A DNA stretch of 64,000 nucleotides, from the NCBI GenBank assembly GCA_049617635.1, contig JBMZJQ010000002.1, forward strand, positions 8,558 through 72,557, in the 5' to 3' direction. Made by a program: the position numbers and the translations under genes. Positions 19,033 through 28,495 of the stretch are shown piece by piece. Origin of the DNA: Poseidonia sp. (GTDB taxonomy: Archaea > Thermoplasmatota > Poseidoniia > Poseidoniales > Poseidoniaceae). The notes below the pieces were generated by a model. It was not told where the DNA came from. It did not search any database and worked only from the letters and a program-made list of their open reading frames with translations. The first letter of the stretch is position 1; each line of letters opens with the position of its first letter.

Positions 19033-20202
19033 ATGAAAATTGGCGTACCAAAAGAACCTGAAGGCGAAACCCGCGTGGGCATCGTTCCCTCAAGCATGAA
19101 GAAACTCACTCGGGCTGGATTCGAAGTGATCATCGAAGCCGGTGCGGGTGTGCAAGCCAATTATGCCGACCAAGACTACGTTGATGCAGGAGCCACCATC
19201 GGTAGCCGCAACGAAGCGTTGGGTTGTGAAAACATCGTCTGTATTCGTTTCCCGGGCACAGACGGTATCGCTGCCGGCACCAACCTCGCTTGCGTTTCCG
19301 ATCCTTTTCGACATCCCGAATACGTCAAAGCCTGCGTTGATGCCAACATCACCCTCCTCTCGATGGATATGATTCCGCGCCGACTCTCGCGGGCGCAATC
19401 CATGGATGTGAACTCCAGCCAAGACAACCTTGCGGGCTACAAAGCAGTACTCCTCGGTGCTGCACAAGTACCCAAGGGCATCCCGATGATGACCACGTCT
19501 GCCGGAACCATTCGCCCAGCGAAAGTGGTGATCATGGGCAGCGGCGTTGCAGGTTTGCAAGCCATTGCAACGGCGAAGCGACTCGGTGCAGTCGTGTACG
19601 CTTCAGATGTACGCAAATCTGCTGCCGAACAAATTGAATCGGTTGGTGGTCGATTCATTGAGGTGGACGGCATGGATGATTTTGAAGATGAATCCGGGTA
19701 TGCGAAGCCACTCACGCCAGAGTTTATCCAAAAGGTGAACGACACGGTTTGTGGCGTTGCAAGTGATGCTGATATCATCGTCACCACGGCCCGTATTTTT
19801 GGCCGTCCTGCACCCATTACGGTTCCATCATCGGCCGTTGCTAATTTCAAATCAGGTGCCGTGGTTGTTGACATGAACGCTGATGTTGGAGGAAATTGCG
19901 AAGCGACCGTCCCCGGAGAGATCATCACCACTGAAAACGGTGTTATCGTTGTTGGAACCTCCAACCTTCCCGGCACCTTGGCCAACACTGCATCCATGTT
20001 GTACTCCAACAACTTGACCACCTTCTTCACTTCACTCGTCGACAAAGAATCTGGCGCCGTGGTGATTTCCGATGATGACGACATCCTTGTGGGTGCGCCT
20101 GAAGGTTCGGACTTCTATGTCAACGGTATGGGCGGTGTTCTGATTTGCAAGGACGGTGCCATCCATCCGAAACAAACGCGCCTTGCGGGGGTGGTTGAAT
20201 GA
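19033..20202 (+). CDS. pntA: NAD(P) transhydrogenase subunit alpha, part 1 (dI)
   Basis: MKIGVPKE, ETRV, SRAQSMD, AGYKAV, GSGVAGLQAIATAKRLGA, GGNCE. Confidence 0.93.
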   Translation: MKIGVPKEPEGETRVGIVPSSMKKLTRAGFEVIIEAGAGVQANYADQDYVDAGATIGSRNEALGCENIVCIRFPGTDGIAAGTNLACVSDPFRHPEYVKACVDANITLLSMDMIPRRLSRAQSMDVNSSQDNLAGYKAVLLGAAQVPKGIPMMTTSAGTIRPAKVVIMGSGVAGLQAIATAKRLGAVVYASDVRKSAAEQIESVGGRFIEVDGMDDFEDESGYAKPLTPEFIQKVNDTVCGVASDADIIVTTARIFGRPAPITVPSSAVANFKSGAVVVDMNADVGGNCEATVPGEIITTENGVIVVGTSNLPGTLANTASMLYSNNLTTFFTSLVDKESGAVVISDDDDILVGAPEGSDFYVNGMGGVLICKDGAIHPKQTRLAGVVE

Positions 20203-20510
20203 TAACGGAAGCCTCGTTGATTGCAAACCTCACACTGTTTATGCTGGCCATTTTCCTTGGCTTCGAACTTATCACCAAGGTCCCTGCAACGCTGCACACT
20301 CCGTTGATGAGTGGTGCGAATGCTATTTCGGGAATCAGTGTTGTCGGTGCGCTCCTGGGTGCCAATGTGGCTTACCAGGGCGGAGACACACTTGTCTCAG
20401 GATTGTTGGCATTTGTTGCACTGGTGTTGGCGATGATCAACGTCGTTGGCGGATTTGCTGTGACCAACCGGATGCTCAACATGATCGCCGGCAAGAACAG
20501 GAGGGCTTGA
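20199..20510 (+). CDS. pntA: NAD(P) transhydrogenase subunit alpha, part 2 (membrane)
   Basis: VPATLHTPLMSGANAISG, NVVGGFAVT.RML. Confidence 0.93.
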   Translation: MITEASLIANLTLFMLAIFLGFELITKVPATLHTPLMSGANAISGISVVGALLGANVAYQGGDTLVSGLLAFVALVLAMINVVGGFAVTNRMLNMIAGKNRRA

Positions 20511-20511
20511 C

Positions 20512-21930
20512 ATGGAAGCTTGGATCCCCCTCGGCTATTTGCTCTCAGCTGCATTGTTCATCTTCGGCTTGAAGAAATTGGGTCATCCTCGAACGGCTCC
20601 CCGCGGGAACCAATACGGCGCCATGGGTATGCTGGTGGCCGTTTTGACGACGATCGTTGACATGCAACTCGCATCGGGTGGCATGAACTGGGAACTCATC
20701 ATCGCCGGGCTTGTGGTTGGCTCTGTCATCGGTATCATCATGGCCATCAAGGTCGAAATGACCGGCATGCCTGAACTCGTTGCCTTGTTCAACGGATTTG
20801 GCGGTGCTGCCTCTGCTCTTGTGGCCCTTTCCGAGACATGGAAGTACATCGAGGGCTCGGCCATGGTGCCCGAGGGTTTGACACTCCAAGTCATCATGCT
20901 CGCAGCAGGCCTCTCCGCACTCGTCGGATGGATGACGCTCACCGGCTCCATTCTGGCCATGTTCAAACTCAAGGGAGGCATCGAGGTCTTCGGTAAGTGG
21001 TTCAGTACGCCAACATGGGGGCCATCTTGGCTGAACCCCGTCAAGGTCCTTCTTACGCTCAGCGTCCTCGCCCTCATTGTGGTGGCCATCGGTGACCCAA
21101 CCAACACGGATTACCTCTGGGCCATCATCGGGATTTCGTGCCTGCTCGGAATTGTCCTCGTACTGCCTATTGGCGGGGCCGATATGCCGGTTGTTGTCTC
21201 GTTGCTCAACTCGTTGTCGGGTATTGCTGCGGCATTTACTGGATTTATCATCAGCAACCCAGTTCTCATCGTGGCTGGTTCGCTCGTGGGTGCATCAGGA
21301 CTGATCCTCACCTTCATCATGTGCAAAGCCATGAATCGAACGCTACCAGATGTGTTGTTCAAATCCTTCGGCGGCACCACCAAGGAAAAGGTGACCCGCA
21401 CGAAGGTTGGTTCCGACCCTGACGAAGTCGCCATGATGGTTGATGGAGCACAAAAAGTCATCATCGTACCCGGCTACGGAATGGCTGTTTCACAGTGTCA
21501 ACACCAGGTGAAGGAGTTCGGAGATTTGCTTGCCGAGAAGTTTGACACCGAAGTCAAGTACGCCATTCACCCCGTTGCAGGACGTATGCCAGGTCACATG
21601 AACGTCTTGCTTGCTGAGGCCAACGTCCCATACGAACAACTCATTGAAATGGATGAGATCAACCCTGAATTCCCAGAATGCGATGTTGCTGTCATCATCG
21701 GTGCAAACGACACGTGCAACCCCGCAGCACGGACCGGTGAAGGCCCACTGGCTGGGATGCCCATCATCGACGCCGACCAAGCTCGCACGGTTGTGATCGT
21801 CAAGCGGTCTCTTTCAGTTGGCTATGCTGGCGTTGACAACGACCTCTTCTACATGGACAAAACCATGATGCTCTTTGGAGACGGTAAAGCCATGATGACG
21901 GGCCTGAACAACGCCATTAAGGAACTCTGA
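20512..21930 (+). CDS. pntB: NAD(P) transhydrogenase subunit beta
   Basis: MPELVA, IGGADMPVVVS.LNS, PGYGMAV, HPVAGRMPGHMNVLLAEA, GYAGVDN. Confidence 0.96.
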   Translation: MEAWIPLGYLLSAALFIFGLKKLGHPRTAPRGNQYGAMGMLVAVLTTIVDMQLASGGMNWELIIAGLVVGSVIGIIMAIKVEMTGMPELVALFNGFGGAASALVALSETWKYIEGSAMVPEGLTLQVIMLAAGLSALVGWMTLTGSILAMFKLKGGIEVFGKWFSTPTWGPSWLNPVKVLLTLSVLALIVVAIGDPTNTDYLWAIIGISCLLGIVLVLPIGGADMPVVVSLLNSLSGIAAAFTGFIISNPVLIVAGSLVGASGLILTFIMCKAMNRTLPDVLFKSFGGTTKEKVTRTKVGSDPDEVAMMVDGAQKVIIVPGYGMAVSQCQHQVKEFGDLLAEKFDTEVKYAIHPVAGRMPGHMNVLLAEANVPYEQLIEMDEINPEFPECDVAVIIGANDTCNPAARTGEGPLAGMPIIDADQARTVVIVKRSLSVGYAGVDNDLFYMDKTMMLFGDGKAMMTGLNNAIKEL

Positions 21931-22002
21931 TTGGAACAGAAACACACGGTCTTGAAGCAACATTCAAAGAGCGAGGGCAAGTGGAAAAGGCAAGGTGAGT
22001 TC

Positions 22003-22959
22003 ATGGAACGCAATTCACGCACCATTTCGTTGATGCTCATCCTCTCTGTGCTGCTCGTGGCACCGGTTTTGGGCAATCCGAACGGCCCACCTTGGGACAA
22101 CGGAGGGAACCTGGTCATAGACACCGGGTGCACATGCCACGGTGGTGGCGCTCCATCGACCGAAGTCGTGGTCTCCATTTCCGGCGTACCACGAGCCTAC
22201 AACGTGAGTGAATCCTACACCTTCACCATCAGCCTTCAACACGCCTCGTACGAAACCGGTGGGTTCCTCTTTTGGGACAACGGCATTGGAACGTTGACGC
22301 CAGGTGAAGGAAGTCAAAGCGTGGCCGATGAGCCAGGAGCACTCTCGCAATCCGAGCCCGGCAACAACTGGGTTGTAACGTGGACGGCCCCAGCCGAGGA
22401 CGTTGGACCGGCCAACTTCAAGTTGGTTGGCAACGCTGTCAACGGCAACGGTGCATTCGACGAAGGCGATATGTGGAACATCTTGACCTTCACCGTGAGC
22501 GAACCGGGTTCAACCGTTATCGCCACCACGGAGGACGTTGCCCTTCGCACCATCAGCGTGGGTGACTACGACGCGCTCTTTGTTGCAGAAGAAGACCCAG
22601 AAGCGGTTGAAGCAGAACGTCAAGAGGGCATCGCTCATGACTTCTTCGCCAATGGCAACCTCTACTATTGGACCACTCTCTCACTCATCATCGTCGCTGC
22701 TGTGATTCAAGGTGAATTCTACGAACGACGATTTGGTGGCGGCCCTACGCACCTTGACAAGAGTCTCGCTGTCCCGCAAGGCCTCCGCCGTGGCTTCCTC
22801 GCTGCTGTACTCGGACTCTTGTTGGCTTACCTCGTGGATGACGGCCAACCGTGGGGATATATCCTGGTGGTCGGCATGTTGACGCTGTGGTCTGCCTACG
22901 GTGTCTACCGAACCGTGGTTCAAGCCCGTGCCCCGAAGACCTACATCGATCTGGTATGA
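22003..22959 (+). CDS. Membrane-anchored Reeler/choice-of-anchor V-like domain protein
   Basis: Signal peptide, GCTCH motif, WTAP, NAVNGNG..D.GD, three C-terminal TM helices. Confidence 0.6.
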   Translation: MERNSRTISLMLILSVLLVAPVLGNPNGPPWDNGGNLVIDTGCTCHGGGAPSTEVVVSISGVPRAYNVSESYTFTISLQHASYETGGFLFWDNGIGTLTPGEGSQSVADEPGALSQSEPGNNWVVTWTAPAEDVGPANFKLVGNAVNGNGAFDEGDMWNILTFTVSEPGSTVIATTEDVALRTISVGDYDALFVAEEDPEAVEAERQEGIAHDFFANGNLYYWTTLSLIIVAAVIQGEFYERRFGGGPTHLDKSLAVPQGLRRGFLAAVLGLLLAYLVDDGQPWGYILVVGMLTLWSAYGVYRTVVQARAPKTYIDLV

Positions 22960-22968
22960 GTTGGCAAC

Positions 22969-24237
22969 ATGGCAATTCTTCTCGAAGGAGATGAATACAC
23001 CAATCCTCAATCCCATTTGGATGAACTCACTGCACGAGTGACCGTCTTGTTTGTCAGTGTCCTCATGTTGACCGTGGTTTGGTCGTTTTTCGTGGACGAT
23101 GTCTTGGGAACCTTGTTGTCGACGCTGGACCCGTGTCGTACCGATTGTATGAACGTCTATGACCCCGCTCAATGGAGCGCTGTACGCTGGTCCGCATCGC
23201 TTCTCCTTTCGCTGTTTTCGGTTCTACCATTGATGCTCCATCACGTGCACCAGTTCGCTCGACCTGGCCTGCTCAAAGCGGAATTTACAGCCCTGCGCCG
23301 TTGGACCGTTTCGTCAGCCTGCCTTCTGGTCACTGCAGCCTACCTCTTGGTGGTCAAGTTCTTGCCTGAACTCTACATGGTCGGCTACGAGCAACATCTT
23401 GGTGCGGGTCTTCAGGGCCAATACAACGCAGTTCATTTGTTGATGTTTGCTCTTTACCTTGTTTGGGTGATTTGGCTTTTCTCGGGCACATGGTTGATGG
23501 TGCGTCTGATGGGGGCGGCTGGTTTGTTGACAAAGATGACAGCAGATTGGTGGCGTTGGCGTATCTATGGTCTTGGAGCTTTGCTGCTGATCGTTACCGT
23601 CCCATCTCATGCACATTCCATCGCGATGCCCTTGGTTCTGGCGTATGCCATGACCACGGAACTTGTTGGCCGCACGTGGTTCGAACATCAACCAACATCA
23701 AGAGGCCACATCGCTACACGTTTTGACGCAGAAGGCCGGCGACGAAGGTATGCGCTGGTGGATTGTTCTTGTGAGGGTGCAAACCAGCACCATGGATTCG
23801 CTGACGTTTCAGGATGTTCAACCGTTGATGCCACCAGTGTCTGCCGGTTCGGAGCCGACCGAGAGGCCATCATTGAGCACGCCATGCGTGCGGGAATCAC
23901 TGACGTGGTCATCACGGGGTGCGATACACTGGCATGTCCGAAAGAATTTGTCAACAACATCGCCGGACTTGGAGCACGACTTCACGGTTTGAATTTGATG
24001 CACCTGCAAAATCATCTTGTTGAACTTCCACAGCGTGCCCTGGATGTTGAACTCTCGATGGGCGCGCTCATCAACCAAAACACACCGAACAACGAACTCG
24101 TTCTTTCACGAATACTCGAAACACACGGGTATGTTCCAACGAGTATGAACGTCTTGCCACACCCCGACGAAGGTTGGGGGTCTTTTTCCTCAACCCGCGA
24201 ACAACACCTTCTCCCACCGCATCATTCCAGGGCCTAA
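22969..24237 (+). CDS. Divergent TatC-like protein with a C-terminal Cys-rich (HdrA N-terminal-like) domain
   Basis: HLDEL..R and F..PGL...E TatC signatures with about 6 TM helices; soluble tail CSC...C...VVITGC...C. Confidence 0.7.
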   Translation: MAILLEGDEYTNPQSHLDELTARVTVLFVSVLMLTVVWSFFVDDVLGTLLSTLDPCRTDCMNVYDPAQWSAVRWSASLLLSLFSVLPLMLHHVHQFARPGLLKAEFTALRRWTVSSACLLVTAAYLLVVKFLPELYMVGYEQHLGAGLQGQYNAVHLLMFALYLVWVIWLFSGTWLMVRLMGAAGLLTKMTADWWRWRIYGLGALLLIVTVPSHAHSIAMPLVLAYAMTTELVGRTWFEHQPTSRGHIATRFDAEGRRRRYALVDCSCEGANQHHGFADVSGCSTVDATSVCRFGADREAIIEHAMRAGITDVVITGCDTLACPKEFVNNIAGLGARLHGLNLMHLQNHLVELPQRALDVELSMGALINQNTPNNELVLSRILETHGYVPTSMNVLPHPDEGWGSFSSTREQHLLPPHHSRA

Positions 24238-24299
24238 ACACAGCCAGTGCAAGCACATACCCGACGAAGTTTCAAACAGAAGTGGGGCGACCTCCCCCC

Positions 24300-26387
24300 A
24301 TGAAGCGGATGTTGGCTCTGGTACAGGCCTTCGTTTTCTTCAGTGCTGCCGCGTGGTTTTGGGTCAACGATGACACGGTTGAAGCATGGCTGGAGCAACA
24401 ACTCATCATCGAGGAAGACAGTGACATTCCGCTCGTAGGATTGCAACCTGCTGAACATTGGCTGGTGGTCGTGGTGGATTTCCCCGGCCATCCGGCTGGT
24501 GAAGCATGGGGAACCGATGAGGCAGAAAACCTCCTCCTACAAGCAGCCCAACCCTACATTGAGCAAGTCTCGGGTGGAGCATCGACGTTGTCGATTCATG
24601 TGCATCCGACGGTGGTCAGAGCCGGCAACGATCTCGCCGCCTACGGAGCAGACGATGCATCCAAGGACACCGATGCATCCGGTAATTTTCTTCCAGCAGC
24701 CCTGGCAGAAGAGGTCGTCTTGGCCATCAAAGACGAGGTGATTTGGGACGATTTTGACCTGAACGCAGATGGATTCGTCGACCGCTTGTTGATTCTTCAC
24801 AGCACCAAGGGACAGGAAGAATCGCCTGGAACAACCAACCGAATATGGAGTCATTTTACCGAGTTCGAAAGTGTCTTGGACTTGCCCAACGACAAAAAAG
24901 CAGGACACTACACCATGGCGAGTTTACAAACAGGTTCGAGTGGTGTTGGAACCATGTTGCACGAAATGCTCCATCAAATGGGTGCAGTGGACCTCTATCC
25001 CGTCCACGATGAAGGGGCCTATCAATCCTGGAAAGGGCCCGGAGATTGGGACATCATGGCCAGCGGGAATTGGAACGGCGGTGGACGCTGGCCTGCTTTA
25101 CCAACGGCGGCGTCACTCGAACTCATCAATGCACCCCGAATTGATGCGCTTGTGCTCGAATGGCCCGAACAGGCGAGCAAGCCGTGTATTGGACCGACCG
25201 TTGAATTCGAGGGCATGTCGGAAGGTGGGAGAGCCGTCAAAATTCAAATCGCACCGCGTGAGTTTGTCTTCATTGAGTACCGTTCAGATTCCGGATACGA
25301 CCAGCGATTACCGGGCCACGGTATTTTGGTCACCTACCAAGACCTGAGCGTTGGAAATTTCGAGCAGAATGAATTGAACACCAACCCGGAGTTGCCATGG
25401 TTGAAAGTAATCGAAGCAGACGGCACGAACGACCTGATCAACGGGGCCAATCAAGGCGAACAAAGCGATGTCTTTGGACACAACATGAGTTTTGGAGCAG
25501 ATGGCATTCATATTAGAACACACGATGGTTTACTGGTCCATTGGACCGCTACGGTCAAGGTCGCCAACGAGAGTGCAAGCGTCGTGTTTCACGCAGACGA
25601 CTGTTCACCCACCTTCACGGTCGATTTACCCGACCACGGAGCAACGCTGTTGGCCAACGATGACTTGACGGTGGAGATTGATGGTGCTGGAGATTGCACC
25701 GCTCAACTTGTGGCGACCGACGGTCGTCAAGTTGCGCTCGTTATGGAGAACGGGGAGGAGCGATTGCGTTTTGGTACCCCCGGCATGGCGAATACCCTTT
25801 CGAACATACAAGGTTCCATTACATGTGGAAATCGGACAGTTGACGTTGATTACACCGTTCACGTGATGAATCGGATACCAACACTTCAACCGTTTGAAGG
25901 GATAATTGAACCCTACGAAACGACCATGCTCACCGTGCCATTGGAATCCATGGGCGAGGGGGACCAGTCGCTCACCGTCATCATCGATGGACCGCTTGGC
26001 CGAGTGGCAGAGGCACCCAATGCCGTGAATTTGAACGATGAATTCATTGTCATCAACATCGTACCAAACGGATTGTTAACGGATAACATGCTGGTTCACG
26101 GCACCGTGACGTTGATGACCGAACAAGGAAACTCATGGTCGTTGGACGTCGAGTTGCAGGCCGTGGATTCAGAGGATGAGTGGAATCTTCTCTGGCTTCA
26201 ACCCAACATCGTCTTGGCTCTGCTCGCTTCCTTGATGGGTCTGTTTGCTCTCCTTGCCACCAGAACAAAAACGCCTCCAACACCATCAGAAGGCTCCGTT
26301 GCTACAGCACCACAGCACGTCGTAGATGCATGGGGGAGAGAACTCGATATCGAAGATTCAGGCGTTCCGTTTGATGTTCAAGAATGA
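24300..26387 (+). CDS. Membrane-anchored M6-family (immune inhibitor A-like) zinc metalloprotease
   Basis: VDFP, D.N.DG.VD, IWSH, HEMLHQMG.DLY, WDIMASG.W, IEYR...GYD..LP..G; C-terminal TM. Confidence 0.85.
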   Translation: MKRMLALVQAFVFFSAAAWFWVNDDTVEAWLEQQLIIEEDSDIPLVGLQPAEHWLVVVVDFPGHPAGEAWGTDEAENLLLQAAQPYIEQVSGGASTLSIHVHPTVVRAGNDLAAYGADDASKDTDASGNFLPAALAEEVVLAIKDEVIWDDFDLNADGFVDRLLILHSTKGQEESPGTTNRIWSHFTEFESVLDLPNDKKAGHYTMASLQTGSSGVGTMLHEMLHQMGAVDLYPVHDEGAYQSWKGPGDWDIMASGNWNGGGRWPALPTAASLELINAPRIDALVLEWPEQASKPCIGPTVEFEGMSEGGRAVKIQIAPREFVFIEYRSDSGYDQRLPGHGILVTYQDLSVGNFEQNELNTNPELPWLKVIEADGTNDLINGANQGEQSDVFGHNMSFGADGIHIRTHDGLLVHWTATVKVANESASVVFHADDCSPTFTVDLPDHGATLLANDDLTVEIDGAGDCTAQLVATDGRQVALVMENGEERLRFGTPGMANTLSNIQGSITCGNRTVDVDYTVHVMNRIPTLQPFEGIIEPYETTMLTVPLESMGEGDQSLTVIIDGPLGRVAEAPNAVNLNDEFIVINIVPNGLLTDNMLVHGTVTLMTEQGNSWSLDVELQAVDSEDEWNLLWLQPNIVLALLASLMGLFALLATRTKTPPTPSEGSVATAPQHVVDAWGRELDIEDSGVPFDVQE

Positions 26388-27443
26388 AAACATTGAGTTC
26401 ATTCTCAACGCACATAACCAACGTTTGTTGACACCTTCTGCCAGCCGGACTGAAAGACAAACCTCTTCCCAGGTTTCTGGTGCTTCAGACGCTGGTTGCA
26501 CGAGCCATGGTGCATGCTCGGCTTCAATCGAGGTTTCGTAAGCACGCCATCGACAGCCGTATTTGAATCCGGGTCGAAGAATGAGGCCACGATTCGCAAG
26601 GTCGCCGTAAAGTTCACTTTGAACGTTCAAGCCTTGGTTCAAGATGTAGTCTCGTTCCTCATCGCGCAAGTAACGACCTGAGAAGTGCTGAACGCCGAGC
26701 GCAGGAAGCGGCCATGTGCCTTCGTTTGCCACAAAGAAGCCAGTCTCCATGGGTGAGGCGTTTGTGGTGATCTTCTGCAGTGTTTCCATCTCTTGGTGAG
26801 ACAAGTTGGACAACACTCGCTGGTCGCCGGTTGGCTCTGCCAACGAGAGATGGTAGACCGTTGTGTCAAACTCGTCGTCGATGACACACAGTTCTGCGGT
26901 GTGGTTCGATGCTTCCACATCGCTCACCCAAGCCAACAATTCTTGCCAGTCCAACCCGTCGCTGGTGTGGTGCAACCGAATTTGACTGAAACCACCGTGC
27001 CTGGTCCATGTTTCGTGGCGCTCCCAACGAACGGCCCATGTTGCATCGTTGAGATGTGGGAACCGGTGCTGGAGGTGGACAGCGGGGACAACCAGTTCGC
27101 CACCGTTGCGCAAAACATCGAGGGCAATGGTTGCGAGTGCAAGTCGCGGGGTGGCCTTGACTTGTTCGTCAAACCATCCCGTTCCACCGGGGAGAGGTAC
27201 ATGGCGATACCAATGACAAAACATGACTTCTTCGGGTGTGAGGAGAATACCATCATCCACCCTATGTCCAAGAGCACTTTTTTGATGCAACCGCTGTGCT
27301 TGTGGATCGGGAAGAAACCAACCACCCTCCCGTGATTCAGGTGCAGGTATGGGCGTTGCTGGCGATTTGTTGGTTGAACGCGATTCACCGATTGGTCGGC
27401 TTGACCGAACGCGTGGCGTGTATTTGCGCTCACGTCCTGCCAT
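26358..27443 (-). CDS. endA: tRNA-intron (splicing) endonuclease
   Basis: L..EE.., DL..RG...RPGFKYG...R.Y, HA, RLA.GV.K catalytic Y/H/K pattern; two-unit length. Confidence 0.8.
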   Translation of the reverse strand: MAGRERKYTPRVRSSRPIGESRSTNKSPATPIPAPESREGGWFLPDPQAQRLHQKSALGHRVDDGILLTPEEVMFCHWYRHVPLPGGTGWFDEQVKATPRLALATIALDVLRNGGELVVPAVHLQHRFPHLNDATWAVRWERHETWTRHGGFSQIRLHHTSDGLDWQELLAWVSDVEASNHTAELCVIDDEFDTTVYHLSLAEPTGDQRVLSNLSHQEMETLQKITTNASPMETGFFVANEGTWPLPALGVQHFSGRYLRDEERDYILNQGLNVQSELYGDLANRGLILRPGFKYGCRWRAYETSIEAEHAPWLVQPASEAPETWEEVCLSVRLAEGVNKRWLCALRMNSMFSFLNIKRNA

Positions 27444-27534
27444 GCTTTTCCGAAAGACGAGTCACATTTGAGTTCGTCGCTGAACCGATTGTCCTATGTG
27501 CTACCTTGCCTCCCGAAGAGATGGGGATGCGTCC

Positions 27535-28491
27535 ATGGTAGAGGGTTATCTTGGGACACTCACCACCGAGGAGAGGACGATGCTCCATTTGCTCAACCAA
27601 CAATTACCCAGTGGTGGTTGGGAAGCTCCGGCAACATTGACCCAAGCAGGAATTTCCGCCGCCGTTCACGTTCAACGAAAACACATCCCCCGCACCCTCA
27701 AACGAATGGAGTCCAACGGCGTCCTCAATGTCGCTCAACGTCACATCCCCGGTGGGAAGCAACGCAAACGAGTCTACACCCTCAGCGAATTGGGTAACGA
27801 ACAAGCAGCGGCACTGCGTGACCGTCTTTTCAACGAAACCGTCACCGCCGACGGAAACGAGGTGAAATTGGGTTCATTGTGGATTTCCCCCCAGCCAGTT
27901 CTCGAGTTGCTCTCCCATGTTGATGAGGGCATGGTCTACCATTCATCTGCCTTGATATCGCCGGTATCAAATCCGGAGGGCATGGTGTCCATCGACGGAC
28001 AATACGGCGAAGAATTGGTTCGCCGCATGTTTGCACGAGCATGGGAAGATGGAAAAATCACGAAGGATGAACAATCCCTGCTCAACGAAGTTGTCGAGTT
28101 TCTTGGCATGCACCCCGAACGTGCTCGGCGCCTCTCCAACGAAGCGAGAAAATCGCTAAAAATTCCACCACCGGAAGAGGTCTACTACGACATGATTTTG
28201 CAGGCTCTCGACGACGGAGAGATCATGCAAGAAGAAATTGATTTGTTAAACACGTTTCGCGTGGCGTTCGGTATCGACCAGGTGACCCACAATGCCCTGC
28301 TCGACAAAGCCCGTGCTGTTCCGGTCACTTCTGAGCACTACGACACATACGCCGCCATGGTGAAAACGGCTATGCAGGACAGTGTGATCACCGCAGACGA
28401 ACACGCCTTGCTTCGAACGCTGCGGGTCCAACTTGACATTTCTGAGGAAGAACACGAACGTATCCTCGCTGAATACACCAACGGGAGGTAA
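27535..28491 (+). CDS. Winged-helix regulator fused to TerB-like (DG.I..E) repeats
   Basis: TQAGIS......R.H..R.L...Y.L wHTH; three repeats AWEDGKITKDE, ALDDGEIMQEE, AMQDSVITADE. Confidence 0.65.
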   Translation: MVEGYLGTLTTEERTMLHLLNQQLPSGGWEAPATLTQAGISAAVHVQRKHIPRTLKRMESNGVLNVAQRHIPGGKQRKRVYTLSELGNEQAAALRDRLFNETVTADGNEVKLGSLWISPQPVLELLSHVDEGMVYHSSALISPVSNPEGMVSIDGQYGEELVRRMFARAWEDGKITKDEQSLLNEVVEFLGMHPERARRLSNEARKSLKIPPPEEVYYDMILQALDDGEIMQEEIDLLNTFRVAFGIDQVTHNALLDKARAVPVTSEHYDTYAAMVKTAMQDSVITADEHALLRTLRVQLDISEEEHERILAEYTNGR

Positions 28492-28495
28492 CACC

